Of a stretch of 62,594 nucleotides of DNA, positions 36,935 through 47,099 are shown in pieces. The notes below the pieces were generated by a model. It worked only from the letters and a program-made list of their open reading frames with translations, was not told the origin of the DNA and made no database searches. Each line of letters begins with the position of its first letter. Position 1 is the stretch's first letter. Both the position numbers and the translations under genes were made by a program. The DNA is from Nitrososphaerota archaeon (GTDB taxonomy: Archaea > Thermoproteota > EX4484-205 > JAAOZP01), in the NCBI GenBank assembly GCA_011605725.1, contig JAAOZP010000015.1, forward strand, positions 1 to 62,594, read 5' to 3'.

Positions 36935-37627
36935 CTAGAAGCCGTATTCTCCTCTTAAAGGCACAAAGACCACGGGCCCAGCGTTGCTTTTCCTCACCCT
37001 GCCATCAGCATCCTTCTCGACGAGAACCAAGTTCTGGTCGAAAAATCTTGATTGAACTGGTATAACCATCCTGCCGCCTGGCTTCAGCTGCTCTATGAGT
37101 GGCGGTGGGATTCTGGGTGCTGCAGCCGTGACCAAAATCCTATCGTAAGGCGAAGCATCAGGATACCCTTTTGAACCGTCTCCCTCAATAACCCTAATTA
37201 CCCTGCTGAACCCAAGTCTTGTAAAGTTGGACTCAGCGAACTTCACGAGACTACTGTTTATCTCAACAGTGTAAACCAGGGGGATGGGTGAATCCAAGCT
37301 TGGACAGGTTAAAACAGCCAGCGTAGCAGCATGGTAGCCGCTTCCCGTGCCAACCTCCAGAATCCTGTTCCCTACTTGGACTTCAAGAAGCTCGTTCATG
37401 ATGGCAACCATATGGGGCGCTGAAATCGTCTGACCAGTGTCGCCAAGGGGCAGGGGAGTATCAGCATAGGCATACTCTAACTGATCTGGCCAAACGAACT
37501 CGTGTCTGGGAACTCTGAGCATTGCTTCCTTCACTCTCTCCGTCTTCACCACGCCTTCTGCAGCAAGCTGTTCAACAAGCCTCCTTCTCTTCTCCAGAAA
37601 AGGATCCCACCCGACTGTTTCTCCCAT
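36935..37627 (-). CDS. pcm: Protein-L-isoaspartate O-methyltransferase
   Basis: VPRHEFV, GQTISAPHMV, ILEVGTGSGY, YDRILVTAA, QLKPGGRMVIPV; ATG at 37627. Confidence 0.95.
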   Translation of the reverse strand: MGETVGWDPFLEKRRRLVEQLAAEGVVKTERVKEAMLRVPRHEFVWPDQLEYAYADTPLPLGDTGQTISAPHMVAIMNELLEVQVGNRILEVGTGSGYHAATLAVLTCPSLDSPIPLVYTVEINSSLVKFAESNFTRLGFSRVIRVIEGDGSKGYPDASPYDRILVTAAAPRIPPPLIEQLKPGGRMVIPVQSRFFDQNLVLVEKDADGRVRKSNAGPVVFVPLRGEYGF

Positions 37628-37676
37628 CTTCAGAATAGTGTTTATTAGATCCTTGGATAAAACGTTTTCAGAAGGA

Positions 37677-38099
37677 ATGGGCAGGATTGTTGAAAAAGTG
37701 TGTGGAAAAGGACATCCGAACATAAGGGCTACGCACCCCACTACGCTCGCAGCTACAGTTGATCCTGAAATCAGCGTGGCTGGCGACTGCTTTCTAATGG
37801 TTTCAGCGAACAAGTCTCCCTCAACTCTTTCAGAAGAATTTAAGAACGCTGCTCGGAGGCGTGTGAAGATACTGGGCAGGATAATCGTCGGAAAACTTGA
37901 AGACACGTTCGAATTCTACGGTGACCCAAGCCTCTCTTTTGAAGACACACGTACGATGATTTTCAGGAAAAGCAGGTATGTTTGCAGTAAAACAGTAGGA
38001 GTTGAAAGCAATAAGAGTGCGAGAGACATAGATCGGAGAATCGTTGAAATGCTCCGGAAGGGAGTTGAAGCCGTTATTGAGCTAACAGTTTTAGAATAA
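37677..38099 (+). CDS. DUF371 family protein
   Basis: GHPNIRATHPTT, GDC, IFRKSRY, NKSARDIDR. Confidence 0.9.
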   Translation: MGRIVEKVCGKGHPNIRATHPTTLAATVDPEISVAGDCFLMVSANKSPSTLSEEFKNAARRRVKILGRIIVGKLEDTFEFYGDPSLSFEDTRTMIFRKSRYVCSKTVGVESNKSARDIDRRIVEMLRKGVEAVIELTVLE

Positions 38100-38108
38100 A
38101 CCTTTCTA

Positions 38109-39170
38109 CTATCTTTCTCGCTCTCCACGGGCAAACTCTAGGAATTTCCGCTTAGCCTCCTCATACGGCATTTGAACAGGAGGGTGTTTGAAACAGTATG
38201 CTGAAACACTTATCAGAGGACCGCTGACACCTCTGTCTAAAGCGATCTTGACTCCTCTTAAAGCATCTATTATAACTCCTGCACTGTTAGGAGAATCTAT
38301 TACTGAAAGCTTAAGATCTATGGTTAAAGGTGCACCGCCGAAATATCTGCCTTTAACCCATATGTAGCATATTTTTTCGTTCTCCAGGAAAGGTATATAG
38401 TCGCTTGGCCCTATGCGGAGAGGCATCTCATAGGGGGACATTGCTTTGACGGCTGAAGTCTTGCTCTCTCTCTTTGAGACAAGCCTCTGCTGCTCCAGCA
38501 TGTTGAGAAAATCGGTGTCGCCACCTATGTTCAGCTGGTAGGACTCGTCTACTTTAACACCCCTGTCGACAAGAAGCTTAACCAGTGTCTTATGAAGAAC
38601 AGTTGCACCAAGCTGGCTCATAACGTCGTCACCAGCTATGGGCAGTCCTTTCTCAGCAAACCTTGTCTGCCACTCGGCTGAGGAAGCTATGAACGTGGGC
38701 ATAGCGTTCACAAATGCTACACCAGCCTCCAGCGCCGACTTAGCGTAGAAACGGCTGCCGTTCTCGCTGCCAACAGGAAGATAGTTTACCAGGATATCTG
38801 CCTTAGAGGATTTCAACTCCTCAACCACATCCACTTCCTTCTCGTCTGAGAACTCTATTACTTCCTTCAGATACCTGCCGACACCGTCTAGGACAGGCCC
38901 CTTTTTAACTGTAACCCCTGTTTTAGGTACATCCTGAAACCTAATAGTATTGTTCGGCTTCTCAAATATTGCTTCACCAAGGTCTCTGCCAACCTTCCTC
39001 TTGTTAATGTCGAAAGCTGCTACAAACTCTATGTCCTCAGGCCTGTAACCCCCAATATCCGGGTGTGCTAAGCCAACCTGGTTTCTCTTCTCCCTGTAAT
39101 AGTATACTCCTTGGACGAGTGCGGAGGCACAGTTTCCAACGCCTGCTATTGCCACTCTTATTCTTCCCAT
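38109..39170 (-). CDS. ino1: myo-Inositol-1-phosphate synthase
   Basis: GVGNCASALVQG, NYLPVGS, SQLGAT, YQLNIGGDTDFLNM, DSPNSAG. Confidence 0.96.
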   Translation of the reverse strand: MGRIRVAIAGVGNCASALVQGVYYYREKRNQVGLAHPDIGGYRPEDIEFVAAFDINKRKVGRDLGEAIFEKPNNTIRFQDVPKTGVTVKKGPVLDGVGRYLKEVIEFSDEKEVDVVEELKSSKADILVNYLPVGSENGSRFYAKSALEAGVAFVNAMPTFIASSAEWQTRFAEKGLPIAGDDVMSQLGATVLHKTLVKLLVDRGVKVDESYQLNIGGDTDFLNMLEQQRLVSKRESKTSAVKAMSPYEMPLRIGPSDYIPFLENEKICYIWVKGRYFGGAPLTIDLKLSVIDSPNSAGVIIDALRGVKIALDRGVSGPLISVSAYCFKHPPVQMPYEEAKRKFLEFARGERER

Positions 39171-39239
39171 GGTAGAAAGATGATGCATATTTTACCTTTA
39201 TAAAATTAACTAGCGGTTCTAAAACAGTAAAAACCCAGG

Positions 39240-39749
39240 CTATTTTAGCTTCAAACCGCATTTCCTGCAGTATCGCATCCCTTCGGAAACCGGGGTGCCG
39301 CACCTGGGGCAGAAACCAATTATCTCACCAACCTTCTCAGGCTTCTTCTCTTTTTCCAAAACCTCCTCCGGAGGCTCGTAAGACTCCTCGGCAGGAGTCT
39401 CCTCTTCATACGCCTGCTCCAATCCGGCTTCATCTTTTTCAACAGTCTCAGCTTCCTCCCCGCTGTAGGCGGCTTCAACCCCCGGCCCACCGTAGGCAGC
39501 TTCTTTCTGAACGCTTTCTTCAACAGTCTCGCTTCTAACAGCTTCAACCGGAGCGATTATTTTTCTCCTTGGCCTGATTAAGATCGAAACTATGACTACT
39601 ATTACACCCGTCCAGAATACACCGGTCATTAAGTACCTATAAGTTGTATAGCTCATATACTCTCCGAAAGGATTTTCAGGCATTGTTTGAAAATACAAGC
39701 CTACGGCTATCAGCAGTACACCGGCAGCAAGCACATTAGCCTTATTCAA
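39240..39749 (-). CDS. Two-TM membrane protein with acidic linker and C-terminal zinc ribbon
   Basis: Two hydrophobic helices, Glu-rich region, FCPRCG...YCRKCG. Confidence 0.8.
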   Translation of the reverse strand: MNKANVLAAGVLLIAVGLYFQTMPENPFGEYMSYTTYRYLMTGVFWTGVIVVIVSILIRPRRKIIAPVEAVRSETVEESVQKEAAYGGPGVEAAYSGEEAETVEKDEAGLEQAYEEETPAEESYEPPEEVLEKEKKPEKVGEIIGFCPRCGTPVSEGMRYCRKCGLKLK

Positions 39750-39821
39750 CCTTAATTTCTCTATATCAACAGTAGATATATTAACTTTTTCGACCTCGCT
39801 CTAACGAGGCTGACACGTGTT

Positions 39822-40214
39822 TCAAAACAATCCTGGAGACTTTTTAAAAACAACTATTATTACAGTAAGAATAATGCATGCTATGCTTAGCGCCAGCTCC
39901 ACCGGGGAAACCAGGCCTTGGAAGGTTGCGAAGTATAATGGAGGGGAAACTCCCGCGATCCCTATTACGTTCCCCACTATGAAGGCGTAGCGAGCGATTC
40001 TCCTAAGCTTCGGGTTAAACACTAGCCCTGCTGCGGACGAACAGACTATCAGGATTCCTGCGATAACCAGGTTATAGGTTTCGCCCCCAGATATCACTGG
40101 TGAAAGCAGGTAGAGTATTGAAAGAGTAAGCACCGGCCAGAGGCTGAGAAGCCTGCTGCTAAGGCTAGCTTTTCCCTGTGAAACGGTTCCTCCAGTATTC
40201 TCCATCCTACTCAA
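39822..40214 (-). CDS. Hypothetical four-TM membrane protein
   Basis: Four hydrophobic segments, co-oriented with neighbours. Confidence 0.65.
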   Translation of the reverse strand: MSRMENTGGTVSQGKASLSSRLLSLWPVLTLSILYLLSPVISGGETYNLVIAGILIVCSSAAGLVFNPKLRRIARYAFIVGNVIGIAGVSPPLYFATFQGLVSPVELALSIACIILTVIIVVFKKSPGLF

Positions 40215-40240
40215 CGTTAAGCTTTCACCTTAACAGTTTT

Positions 40241-41215
40241 TTAAAAAGGTTGCGCGCCTATGTTGACAACATTACCGGTTTCAGAGGACTTAAAGCTTGA
40301 CTCAACTATCTCCAGGGCTTTAATAGCGTCCTCTTCTCCGGGGCTTGGGTCTGCACCATTAACTATGCATTCTAAAAAGTGTTTCAGCTCATGCCTAAGC
40401 GGCTCACTCCACTCTGAGAACGGCGTTATCCTATCGTCTTTAGAGCTTAGCGTCACCTGCTGGGAGACCAGATCCGCCTCGATCACTCCTTCAGAACCTA
40501 TTATCTCAAGGCTTCTTATTTTGAAAGGCGTTAACCAGTTAGCCTGGATTATAGCCATCTTCTCAGCTTTAAAAGTCAGGATTAGTGTGACATAGTCCTC
40601 ATGAATCCTGTGCATAGACCTTCCCATCTTAGCATAAACCTTCAAAGGATCCTCTGAGAAAACATGTCTCATCAAGTCTATGTCGTGTATGGCGGTGTCC
40701 AGCAGCACTCCTAGATCAGTTATTCTCTCAGGCCATCTTCTGACACGCATGGCTGAAGCCATTATTATCTCTCCAACCGCTCCTTCAGCAACATAGTTCT
40801 TAACCATGCTTACCGCCGGGTTAAACCTTTCAATAAACCCTACCATGAGCTTTACGTGTTCCCTCCTGGCTTGACTGATGATTTCAAAGGCTTCTCTCAG
40901 ATTAGGTGTGAACGGTTTTTCAATAAGCAGGTACTTGAAGTTCTTACGGATAAGCTGCAGAGCCACCTCCTTATGCGTCGAGGTCGGTGTTGACACTACT
41001 GCGCCATCGTAAACATTCTCAGGTATTTCCGAGACGTTGGAATAATAAGGCACGTTGTAAAGCCTACCGTACGCACTGGCTTTTTCAACATCTATGTCGC
41101 ACACCCCTCCTAGTCCTCCGAGTTCAGCTAGAACCCTGACATGGTTCTTGCCGAAACCGCCTGTTCCGACGACGATCACCTTAGGCTTATCCCTACTTTG
41201 GCTCAACGTTCTCAA
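40241..41215 (-). CDS. Gfo/Idh/MocA family oxidoreductase
   Basis: VGTGGFGKNH, LIEKP, VGFIERFNPA, DTAIHDID. Confidence 0.93.
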   Translation of the reverse strand: MRTLSQSRDKPKVIVVGTGGFGKNHVRVLAELGGLGGVCDIDVEKASAYGRLYNVPYYSNVSEIPENVYDGAVVSTPTSTHKEVALQLIRKNFKYLLIEKPFTPNLREAFEIISQARREHVKLMVGFIERFNPAVSMVKNYVAEGAVGEIIMASAMRVRRWPERITDLGVLLDTAIHDIDLMRHVFSEDPLKVYAKMGRSMHRIHEDYVTLILTFKAEKMAIIQANWLTPFKIRSLEIIGSEGVIEADLVSQQVTLSSKDDRITPFSEWSEPLRHELKHFLECIVNGADPSPGEEDAIKALEIVESSFKSSETGNVVNIGAQPF

Positions 41216-41219
41216 TGCC

Positions 41220-43688
41220 TCACATGAAATCTTTAAGCTTTAGGCTTCTCCGGGGCGGCTCAATCTCTATGCCGAGCGGGTCGAGAACCTGCTCGAAAGT
41301 AGCCTTCATAACGCTCAAGTATTTCTCCAAATCTATCTCCTCTATTCTAGCCATTTTAACTGGTTTAACTCCTGTTTTAACCTTGACGTAAGATATTATG
41401 TCTCCGGCTCTCGCCTTTACGCCGAGCATTCTTTCAAGCTGCTTAGCCGCCTTAACATGTTGAGGAGTGTTCTTATCATAGTTATCCACAGGCTTACTCA
41501 GCATGACGTCGAAAGCAAGCTCCTCGAGGCTAAGCTGCCTATTCATAAGCTTCTCAACATAGTCGTTCATCATGCTTTTAATGCTTGCCACAGCGGAGTT
41601 GAACTCCTCCTCATTCCTAACCTTGCTGAGAATGCTGATCATATCGTGGAAAGCCTGCTTCACAAACTTCGGGGTTGAGCTCTTCTTACCCACTAAGCCC
41701 TTTATGTCAACGTTACCGTCCTCAGTTACACCCAGATAGTTCTTCTTACGCTGGCTGAAAACTCCATAACGGTAAACTTTATCGATGTTAAGCTCAATAT
41801 TATACTTGTTCCTGACAAACTCGATAAGCCTCTCCACTTCCTCCGGTTTAGGGTTTCTCAGAAATATGGAGTCAGTGTCTCCGTAGACAACATCTATCCC
41901 TAGGGATTTAGCGGTTTCAACGAGCTCCGTGAAAATGCCTCTGCCTATCCATGTTACTGTTTCAGCTGCGCAAGGTGCGTAGAAATGGAAGGAGTCCGCT
42001 CCCATGACTCCGTAGCTAGCGTTTATAAATACTTTTATCGCTCTCTGCACAACATCGTAGAAAGACCGTTTCTCCTCGTCTCTTGTTTTCTTCGCAAGAG
42101 GTTGATAGTACTTGACTCGCAGCTCCCTGAGGGCTCCTATTACAGAGCTTTCAACACCCCTTCTCTTCCTACAGATCCAGTGTGGAGAATTCATCGGCAT
42201 GTTGCTTCTACACTCCTCGTGCCTACACCTAACTGTTTCATAGCTTATGTTGAAGTTCATTATTATGCTTGGATACAGGGAGGCAAAGTCCAGCACAACT
42301 AGGTTAAAATAGAGACCCGGTTTCGGCTCAAGCACTATCGCACCCCTATACTTCTTACCTTTTATTATTGCTTCAGAAACCTTTGCGCTTTTAAACTGCA
42401 GAATATCCTCCTGCCTAGGTATTAGATAATTATTTCTTCTATGAATGCTTAGAAGCATGCTTTTAATCCATGTTGAAACACCGTGTCTAACAACATCCTC
42501 CAACGGAAGCCTGCTTATCCTCATGAAGAGGACGAGCAGCTTAAGGAGAAGATAGTTCTTGTTCGCAATAAGGTCGAAAGTTATCTCAGCGTCTCTGAAG
42601 CAGTATTCAGCAAGCTCCCTGGGCTTAAGGAGCCCAATATCCTCTTCTAAAGCTACCTTACCCTTGCCGACTAACGCTTTCCCTATGGCGTCCAGCGTAG
42701 CCTCCTTGTAAACCCCGCCGTAAGCATAGTTCTGAATAGACTTGTTGAAGAAAACCCTGTAAAGATCGATATGGACCCCATAAATCAGGTCAACATAGTC
42801 ACGCCCCTTCTGAAGCGGCACTTTCTCCTCGACAGAGAGCCTGCTCGCCCTGTTGTAGAGATAAAGAAGGTCAAACTTGTCCCCGTTGAAAGTAACTATC
42901 ACAGGATACTTTCTAACCTCTTTTAAAACCTCTGACAGCAGCTTTTTCTCGTCAGACACATGAATTATCTTTTTAACCCCATCATCCTCCTCGCCGTCGA
43001 AATCATCCAAGATGTAGACCTTCGGAGGCTCCGTGTTAGGCTTAAACGCGACAGCTATCACAGGGTCTTCAGCCTTGTTAGCGTCAGGCACATGGTTTGG
43101 CCCCGGTGGTTTAACCTCTATATCTATGGAGGAGAGTTTCACGAAAGGTATTGGCTGGTTGAGCGTTTCAACAAGCTCCTTAATCTCAGGGTAATCAGAT
43201 ACAGGTGGCTTAAAACCGTTCTCAAGGACTGCTTCAACAGGCTGCTCAACAAGCTTGCCGTCAACAATAGAGTAGTAGAGCCCAGGCTTCTTCCCAGTGT
43301 CGTAAATATAACACCAGACGTAATGGATATCCGCCTCCCATGCTCTACCAACAATCTCCCTTATGGATGTTGCTGTACCACCTATGGAAAGTGGGTCTTT
43401 AGCAAGAATCTTCCTGAATACTTTCTCCCTGTCCTCCAGCAGATCGTATTTCTTAACCTCTTCAATCCTGTCGAAACCATGATGGCTCACAAGCTGCGGA
43501 TTCTTCTTAAGCTCCTCCATGCTTAGGTCAGTCAGCAAGTAGGGCTGATGGTTTTCACTTGAAGGGAAGAGGAGGATCTCCTGTTTTTCAGGATCATAGA
43601 GCTTCAAAACTATCCTCCTGTTCTCCCCGTCGTACGAGGCGGAAACCAGCATAAGGTTCCTTCTCTCACTCATCCCGCTTTCCTTCAC
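41220..43688 (-). CDS. polB1: Family B DNA polymerase, PolB1 type
   Basis: DIE, FNGDKFD, YCFRD exonuclease motifs; DFASLYPSI, KVFINASYG, YGDTDS; PolB1-like N-terminus. Confidence 0.95.
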   Translation of the reverse strand: MKESGMSERRNLMLVSASYDGENRRIVLKLYDPEKQEILLFPSSENHQPYLLTDLSMEELKKNPQLVSHHGFDRIEEVKKYDLLEDREKVFRKILAKDPLSIGGTATSIREIVGRAWEADIHYVWCYIYDTGKKPGLYYSIVDGKLVEQPVEAVLENGFKPPVSDYPEIKELVETLNQPIPFVKLSSIDIEVKPPGPNHVPDANKAEDPVIAVAFKPNTEPPKVYILDDFDGEEDDGVKKIIHVSDEKKLLSEVLKEVRKYPVIVTFNGDKFDLLYLYNRASRLSVEEKVPLQKGRDYVDLIYGVHIDLYRVFFNKSIQNYAYGGVYKEATLDAIGKALVGKGKVALEEDIGLLKPRELAEYCFRDAEITFDLIANKNYLLLKLLVLFMRISRLPLEDVVRHGVSTWIKSMLLSIHRRNNYLIPRQEDILQFKSAKVSEAIIKGKKYRGAIVLEPKPGLYFNLVVLDFASLYPSIIMNFNISYETVRCRHEECRSNMPMNSPHWICRKRRGVESSVIGALRELRVKYYQPLAKKTRDEEKRSFYDVVQRAIKVFINASYGVMGADSFHFYAPCAAETVTWIGRGIFTELVETAKSLGIDVVYGDTDSIFLRNPKPEEVERLIEFVRNKYNIELNIDKVYRYGVFSQRKKNYLGVTEDGNVDIKGLVGKKSSTPKFVKQAFHDMISILSKVRNEEEFNSAVASIKSMMNDYVEKLMNRQLSLEELAFDVMLSKPVDNYDKNTPQHVKAAKQLERMLGVKARAGDIISYVKVKTGVKPVKMARIEEIDLEKYLSVMKATFEQVLDPLGIEIEPPRRSLKLKDFM

Positions 43689-43869
43689 TCAATAAATGCC
43701 TTCCGCAACACTATATAGGTTTATTTCTCGCCTGGAAAACATTAGCATCGTGAGGATAATCCTGATTGATACTATGTCATGCTCAAACTGCGCGCGAATA
43801 AATATGTGCTAATGTTCTTCAAAAAGGAAATAGCTAAAAAGACCCCTCAACCATCTGAGATAACGCTTA

Positions 43870-44199
43870 ATGCCGGTTAAGGGATACAGGGTTAGGTATG
43901 TGGTGCTTAAGACGGGTGGTACCCCTCCTGAGGAAAACAGGAGGCTTATCGAGCTTTTGAAGGAAGAGTGCGAGAAACACCAGCCGGGTTTCCGTTTTAA
44001 AGCGATCCATAAGGGGGATGAGATAATCATCAGGTGCCCGCATAAAGCCGTGCCTTCAGTTAGGGCTCTCTTGAACAAACTTAACACCTCCCAGCCTCCC
44101 TACAGGGTTGAGATAATCGGTGTTTCAGGCACTCTGAGAAAGGCCTTCAGCAAGTTCTGCCGTGGCAATAAGCCCCATGGTTTAGGGCAAAGATTATAA
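43870..44199 (+). CDS. pop5: RNase P protein Pop5/Rpp14
   Basis: RVRYVV, IIRCPH, IIGVSGTLRKA; upstream of psmA. Confidence 0.85.
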   Translation: MPVKGYRVRYVVLKTGGTPPEENRRLIELLKEECEKHQPGFRFKAIHKGDEIIIRCPHKAVPSVRALLNKLNTSQPPYRVEIIGVSGTLRKAFSKFCRGNKPHGLGQRL

Positions 44200-44231
44200 A
44201 GGGACAGTTAACCCTTATCCACGAGGAAGTT

Positions 44232-44936
44232 ATGATACCTGGCTACGAAAGACTATACGGATTCTCACCCGACGGGAGAATACTCCAGGTCGACTACGCG
44301 ATGGTTATGGTTAACAATAGTCCGACTGCATGGGGGATTCAGGTTGAAGAGGGTATTGTGCTGGCTGGTTTAGAGAAGAGGATTGACGTGCTTCAGGATA
44401 GGACTTTTAGCCAGAAGCTGTTTCAGATTGATGAGCATATTGCTACGGTTGTTGCCGGGTTTAACTCGGACGCGAGGCTCTTGGTTGAATACGCTAGGAA
44501 TGAGGCTCAGGTTAACAGGCTTCTGTACGATGAGCCGATTGACGTGGAGTTTCTCGTAAGAAGGCTCAGTAATACTGTTCAATCATATACGCAGCATGCT
44601 GGGATGAGGCCTTTCGGAATCTCTATGCTTATTGGGGGTGTAGACATGGTTGGGGCGAGCCTGTATCAGCTTGACCCGACCGGGATATACTTTAAGTATT
44701 TCGCGTCAGCCATCGGTGTCGGTAGGGAAGACATATTGAAATATTTTAGAGACAACTATTCTATCAATAAAAGCCTCGATGAAGCAATAACCTTGGGTAT
44801 ACGGGGAAGCATAGAGGTTTTAAAGGACGAGGTTGCTCCAGACAGGCTTAGAATAGGAGTAATCAGGACGGATGAGAAGAGGTTCAGGGTTTTAAGCTAC
44901 GAGGAGACTAAGAAATACTACGAGAAGGCGAAGTAG
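44232..44936 (+). CDS. psmA: Proteasome subunit alpha
   Basis: FSPDGRILQVDYA, IDEHI, SDARLLV, RPFGISMLIGG. Confidence 0.95.
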   Translation: MIPGYERLYGFSPDGRILQVDYAMVMVNNSPTAWGIQVEEGIVLAGLEKRIDVLQDRTFSQKLFQIDEHIATVVAGFNSDARLLVEYARNEAQVNRLLYDEPIDVEFLVRRLSNTVQSYTQHAGMRPFGISMLIGGVDMVGASLYQLDPTGIYFKYFASAIGVGREDILKYFRDNYSINKSLDEAITLGIRGSIEVLKDEVAPDRLRIGVIRTDEKRFRVLSYEETKKYYEKAK

Positions 44937-44943
44937 AGCAGAA

Positions 44944-45633
44944 TTGAGCAGGCCTTCAACAATAAGCCGGCTTACTCTTCACGGAGAGAAGTTTGAGATA
45001 ATCGTTGCCCCTGATCCTGCGCTTAACTTTAAATTGACTGGAAAAGGGGATGTTAGGAAGATTCTTCTGGTTGACGAGGTTTACTCAGACTCTAAAAAGG
45101 GGCTTCGCGTACCGTCAGAGAAGCTTAGGAAGTTTTTTGGAACAACAGACGTGTACGTAATAGCTGAGAAGATACTTAAAGAAGGGGATTTACAGCTTAC
45201 TGGGGAGCAGAGGCGCCGGATGATCGAAAGCAAGAGGCAGCAGATAGTAGCGATGCTTTCAAAACTACTCTTGGAGCCTTCATCAGGCAACCCTATTCCC
45301 TCACTCAGGATTGAACAATCCTTGAGTCAGACCGGTGTCTCAATAGATCCCTTCAAGCCTCCTGAAGAGCAGGTTAAGAACGTTGTTAAGGCTTTAAGAA
45401 AGGTCCTCCAGTTTAAGGTTAACGAGGTTGTTTTAACGCTTACATGCGCCCAGACGCTGTCTAACGACGTCTACGGGTTTGCGAACTCAATAGGGGAGGT
45501 CGACCAGACTAGGGTTCAGAAGGATAAAAGCGTTAAAATCACTGTTAGAGTGCCTTCTGTAACCATGTCCTACTTTCTAGAGAATCTTGGAAAGAAGTAC
45601 GGGGACCAGGTAAAAGTTGATATAGGGGTTTAA
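44944..45633 (+). CDS. sdo1: Ribosome maturation factor SBDS/Sdo1
   Basis: GEKFEIIV, FGTTD, ILKEGDLQLTGEQRR, IDPFKPPEEQV. Confidence 0.93.
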   Translation: MSRPSTISRLTLHGEKFEIIVAPDPALNFKLTGKGDVRKILLVDEVYSDSKKGLRVPSEKLRKFFGTTDVYVIAEKILKEGDLQLTGEQRRRMIESKRQQIVAMLSKLLLEPSSGNPIPSLRIEQSLSQTGVSIDPFKPPEEQVKNVVKALRKVLQFKVNEVVLTLTCAQTLSNDVYGFANSIGEVDQTRVQKDKSVKITVRVPSVTMSYFLENLGKKYGDQVKVDIGV

Positions 45634-45663
45634 GCATCACCCTCCTAAGAAGGAGGCTAAGGT

Positions 45664-46365
45664 TTGTTGCGGAGCAACGAACAACAGCAGAGACAAAGGC
45701 CCATAGTCGTTCCAGGGGAGTATGTTGGTGACAGCCGGTTCCACATGCCTGGTTCAAACGTTTACAGGCTTTCGGACAGGATGCTCGCAACCACTGTCGG
45801 ACTGGTTAGGGTCGACGGTAAGCGTGTTGATGTTGTAGCGTTAAAATCCTTCTACCAGCCTAAGGTTGGCGACTTAGTTATAGGGATTGTTAGAGAACCC
45901 GGTATAGCAGGCTGGACTGTTGACATAAACTCTCCATTCTTAGCGTTCTTACCGCTTTCAGAATACCCTGAGAAAAGAATCCGCCTGTCTAGAGACAGCA
46001 TTGGAAGGATTCTGGAGGCGGGAACAGTTCTCATAGGGCGTATTAAAGATGCTTCAATCTTCTCATCGCCCGTTATAACGCTGAAGGGTAAGGGGCTTGG
46101 AGTTGTTTCAAACGGGTTCCTGCTCAGCATAACTGCTTCAAAAGTGCCGCGTCTAATAGGGAAGAAGGGCTCAATGCTCTCAACAATAGAGAAGGGTGCT
46201 AACGTTAAGCTTACAGTCGGTCAGAACGGGCGTTTAATAGTTCATTCTGAAGATTTAAACGTTGTTTTAAAGGTTAAGGAGGTTATTGGAATGATAGAGA
46301 AGGAGTCGCACGTCTACGGCTTAACTGAAAGGGTTGAAGCACTGTTGGCGGGAAGGAGGCTGTAG
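45664..46365 (+). CDS. rrp4: Exosome RNA-binding subunit Rrp4
   Basis: VVPGE, YQPKVGDLVIG, KVPRLIGKKGSM, VGQNG. Confidence 0.95.
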   Translation: MLRSNEQQQRQRPIVVPGEYVGDSRFHMPGSNVYRLSDRMLATTVGLVRVDGKRVDVVALKSFYQPKVGDLVIGIVREPGIAGWTVDINSPFLAFLPLSEYPEKRIRLSRDSIGRILEAGTVLIGRIKDASIFSSPVITLKGKGLGVVSNGFLLSITASKVPRLIGKKGSMLSTIEKGANVKLTVGQNGRLIVHSEDLNVVLKVKEVIGMIEKESHVYGLTERVEALLAGRRL

Positions 46366-46370
46366 AGTGT

Positions 46371-47099
46371 ATGGGGGAAAAAATCGTCCTGTTCAGCGAA
46401 GACGGTAAGAGGTCTGACGGTAGGTCTCTCGACGAGCTTAGGCCTATCAGGATTAAGGTAGGCGTGTTGTCCAACGCTCAGGGCTCAGCCTATATCGAAC
46501 AGGGGAAGAACAAGATTCTCGCAGCGGTCTACGGTCCTAAGGAAGCGTTGCCGAAACACATCTCGCTCCCAGACAGATGCATCTTGAGATGTCGATACCA
46601 TATGGCGCCTTTCTCAACGGTTGAGAGAAAGAGTCCTGCTCCAAGCAGGAGGGAAATAGAGCTTTCAATGGTTCTTCGAAACGCTCTTGAACCACTCGTA
46701 ATGACTTCCCTCTTCCCCAGGACGGTGATAGATATTTTCATAGAGGTCTTGCAGGCTGACGGCGGTACTCGTTGCGCAGGCTTGACTGCAGCAGTATTGG
46801 CGTTAGCGGATGCAGGGATCCCGTTGAAAGGCTTGGCTGCAGCATGTGCTGTCGGCAAGGTTGACGGCAAGATTGTTGTGGATCTTAATGATCTTGAGGA
46901 CAAGTATGGAGAGGCAGACATGCCTGTGGCTTACAACCCGACTCTAGACGGGATAACTCTTCTCCAAATGGACGGGATCATGTCGAAAGAGGAGGTTGAG
47001 CAAGCATTGTCTCTAGCTATAACTGCTACACAGAAAATGCATAAGATGCAGGTGGACGCGCTTAGAGAAAGGTTTTCAGTACAGAGGAGGGAGACCTAG
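46371..47099 (+). CDS. rrp41: Exosome subunit Rrp41
   Basis: RSDGRSLDELRP, AAVYGP, YHMAPFS, QADGGTRCA, EADMP. Confidence 0.97.
   Translation: MGEKIVLFSEDGKRSDGRSLDELRPIRIKVGVLSNAQGSAYIEQGKNKILAAVYGPKEALPKHISLPDRCILRCRYHMAPFSTVERKSPAPSRREIELSMVLRNALEPLVMTSLFPRTVIDIFIEVLQADGGTRCAGLTAAVLALADAGIPLKGLAAACAVGKVDGKIVVDLNDLEDKYGEADMPVAYNPTLDGITLLQMDGIMSKEEVEQALSLAITATQKMHKMQVDALRERFSVQRRET

Noticed and set aside
37628-37906. N-terminal extension of pcm in the ORF track
   Set aside because: Overlaps the DUF371 gene on the opposite strand; ATG at 37627 gives a normal-length enzyme.
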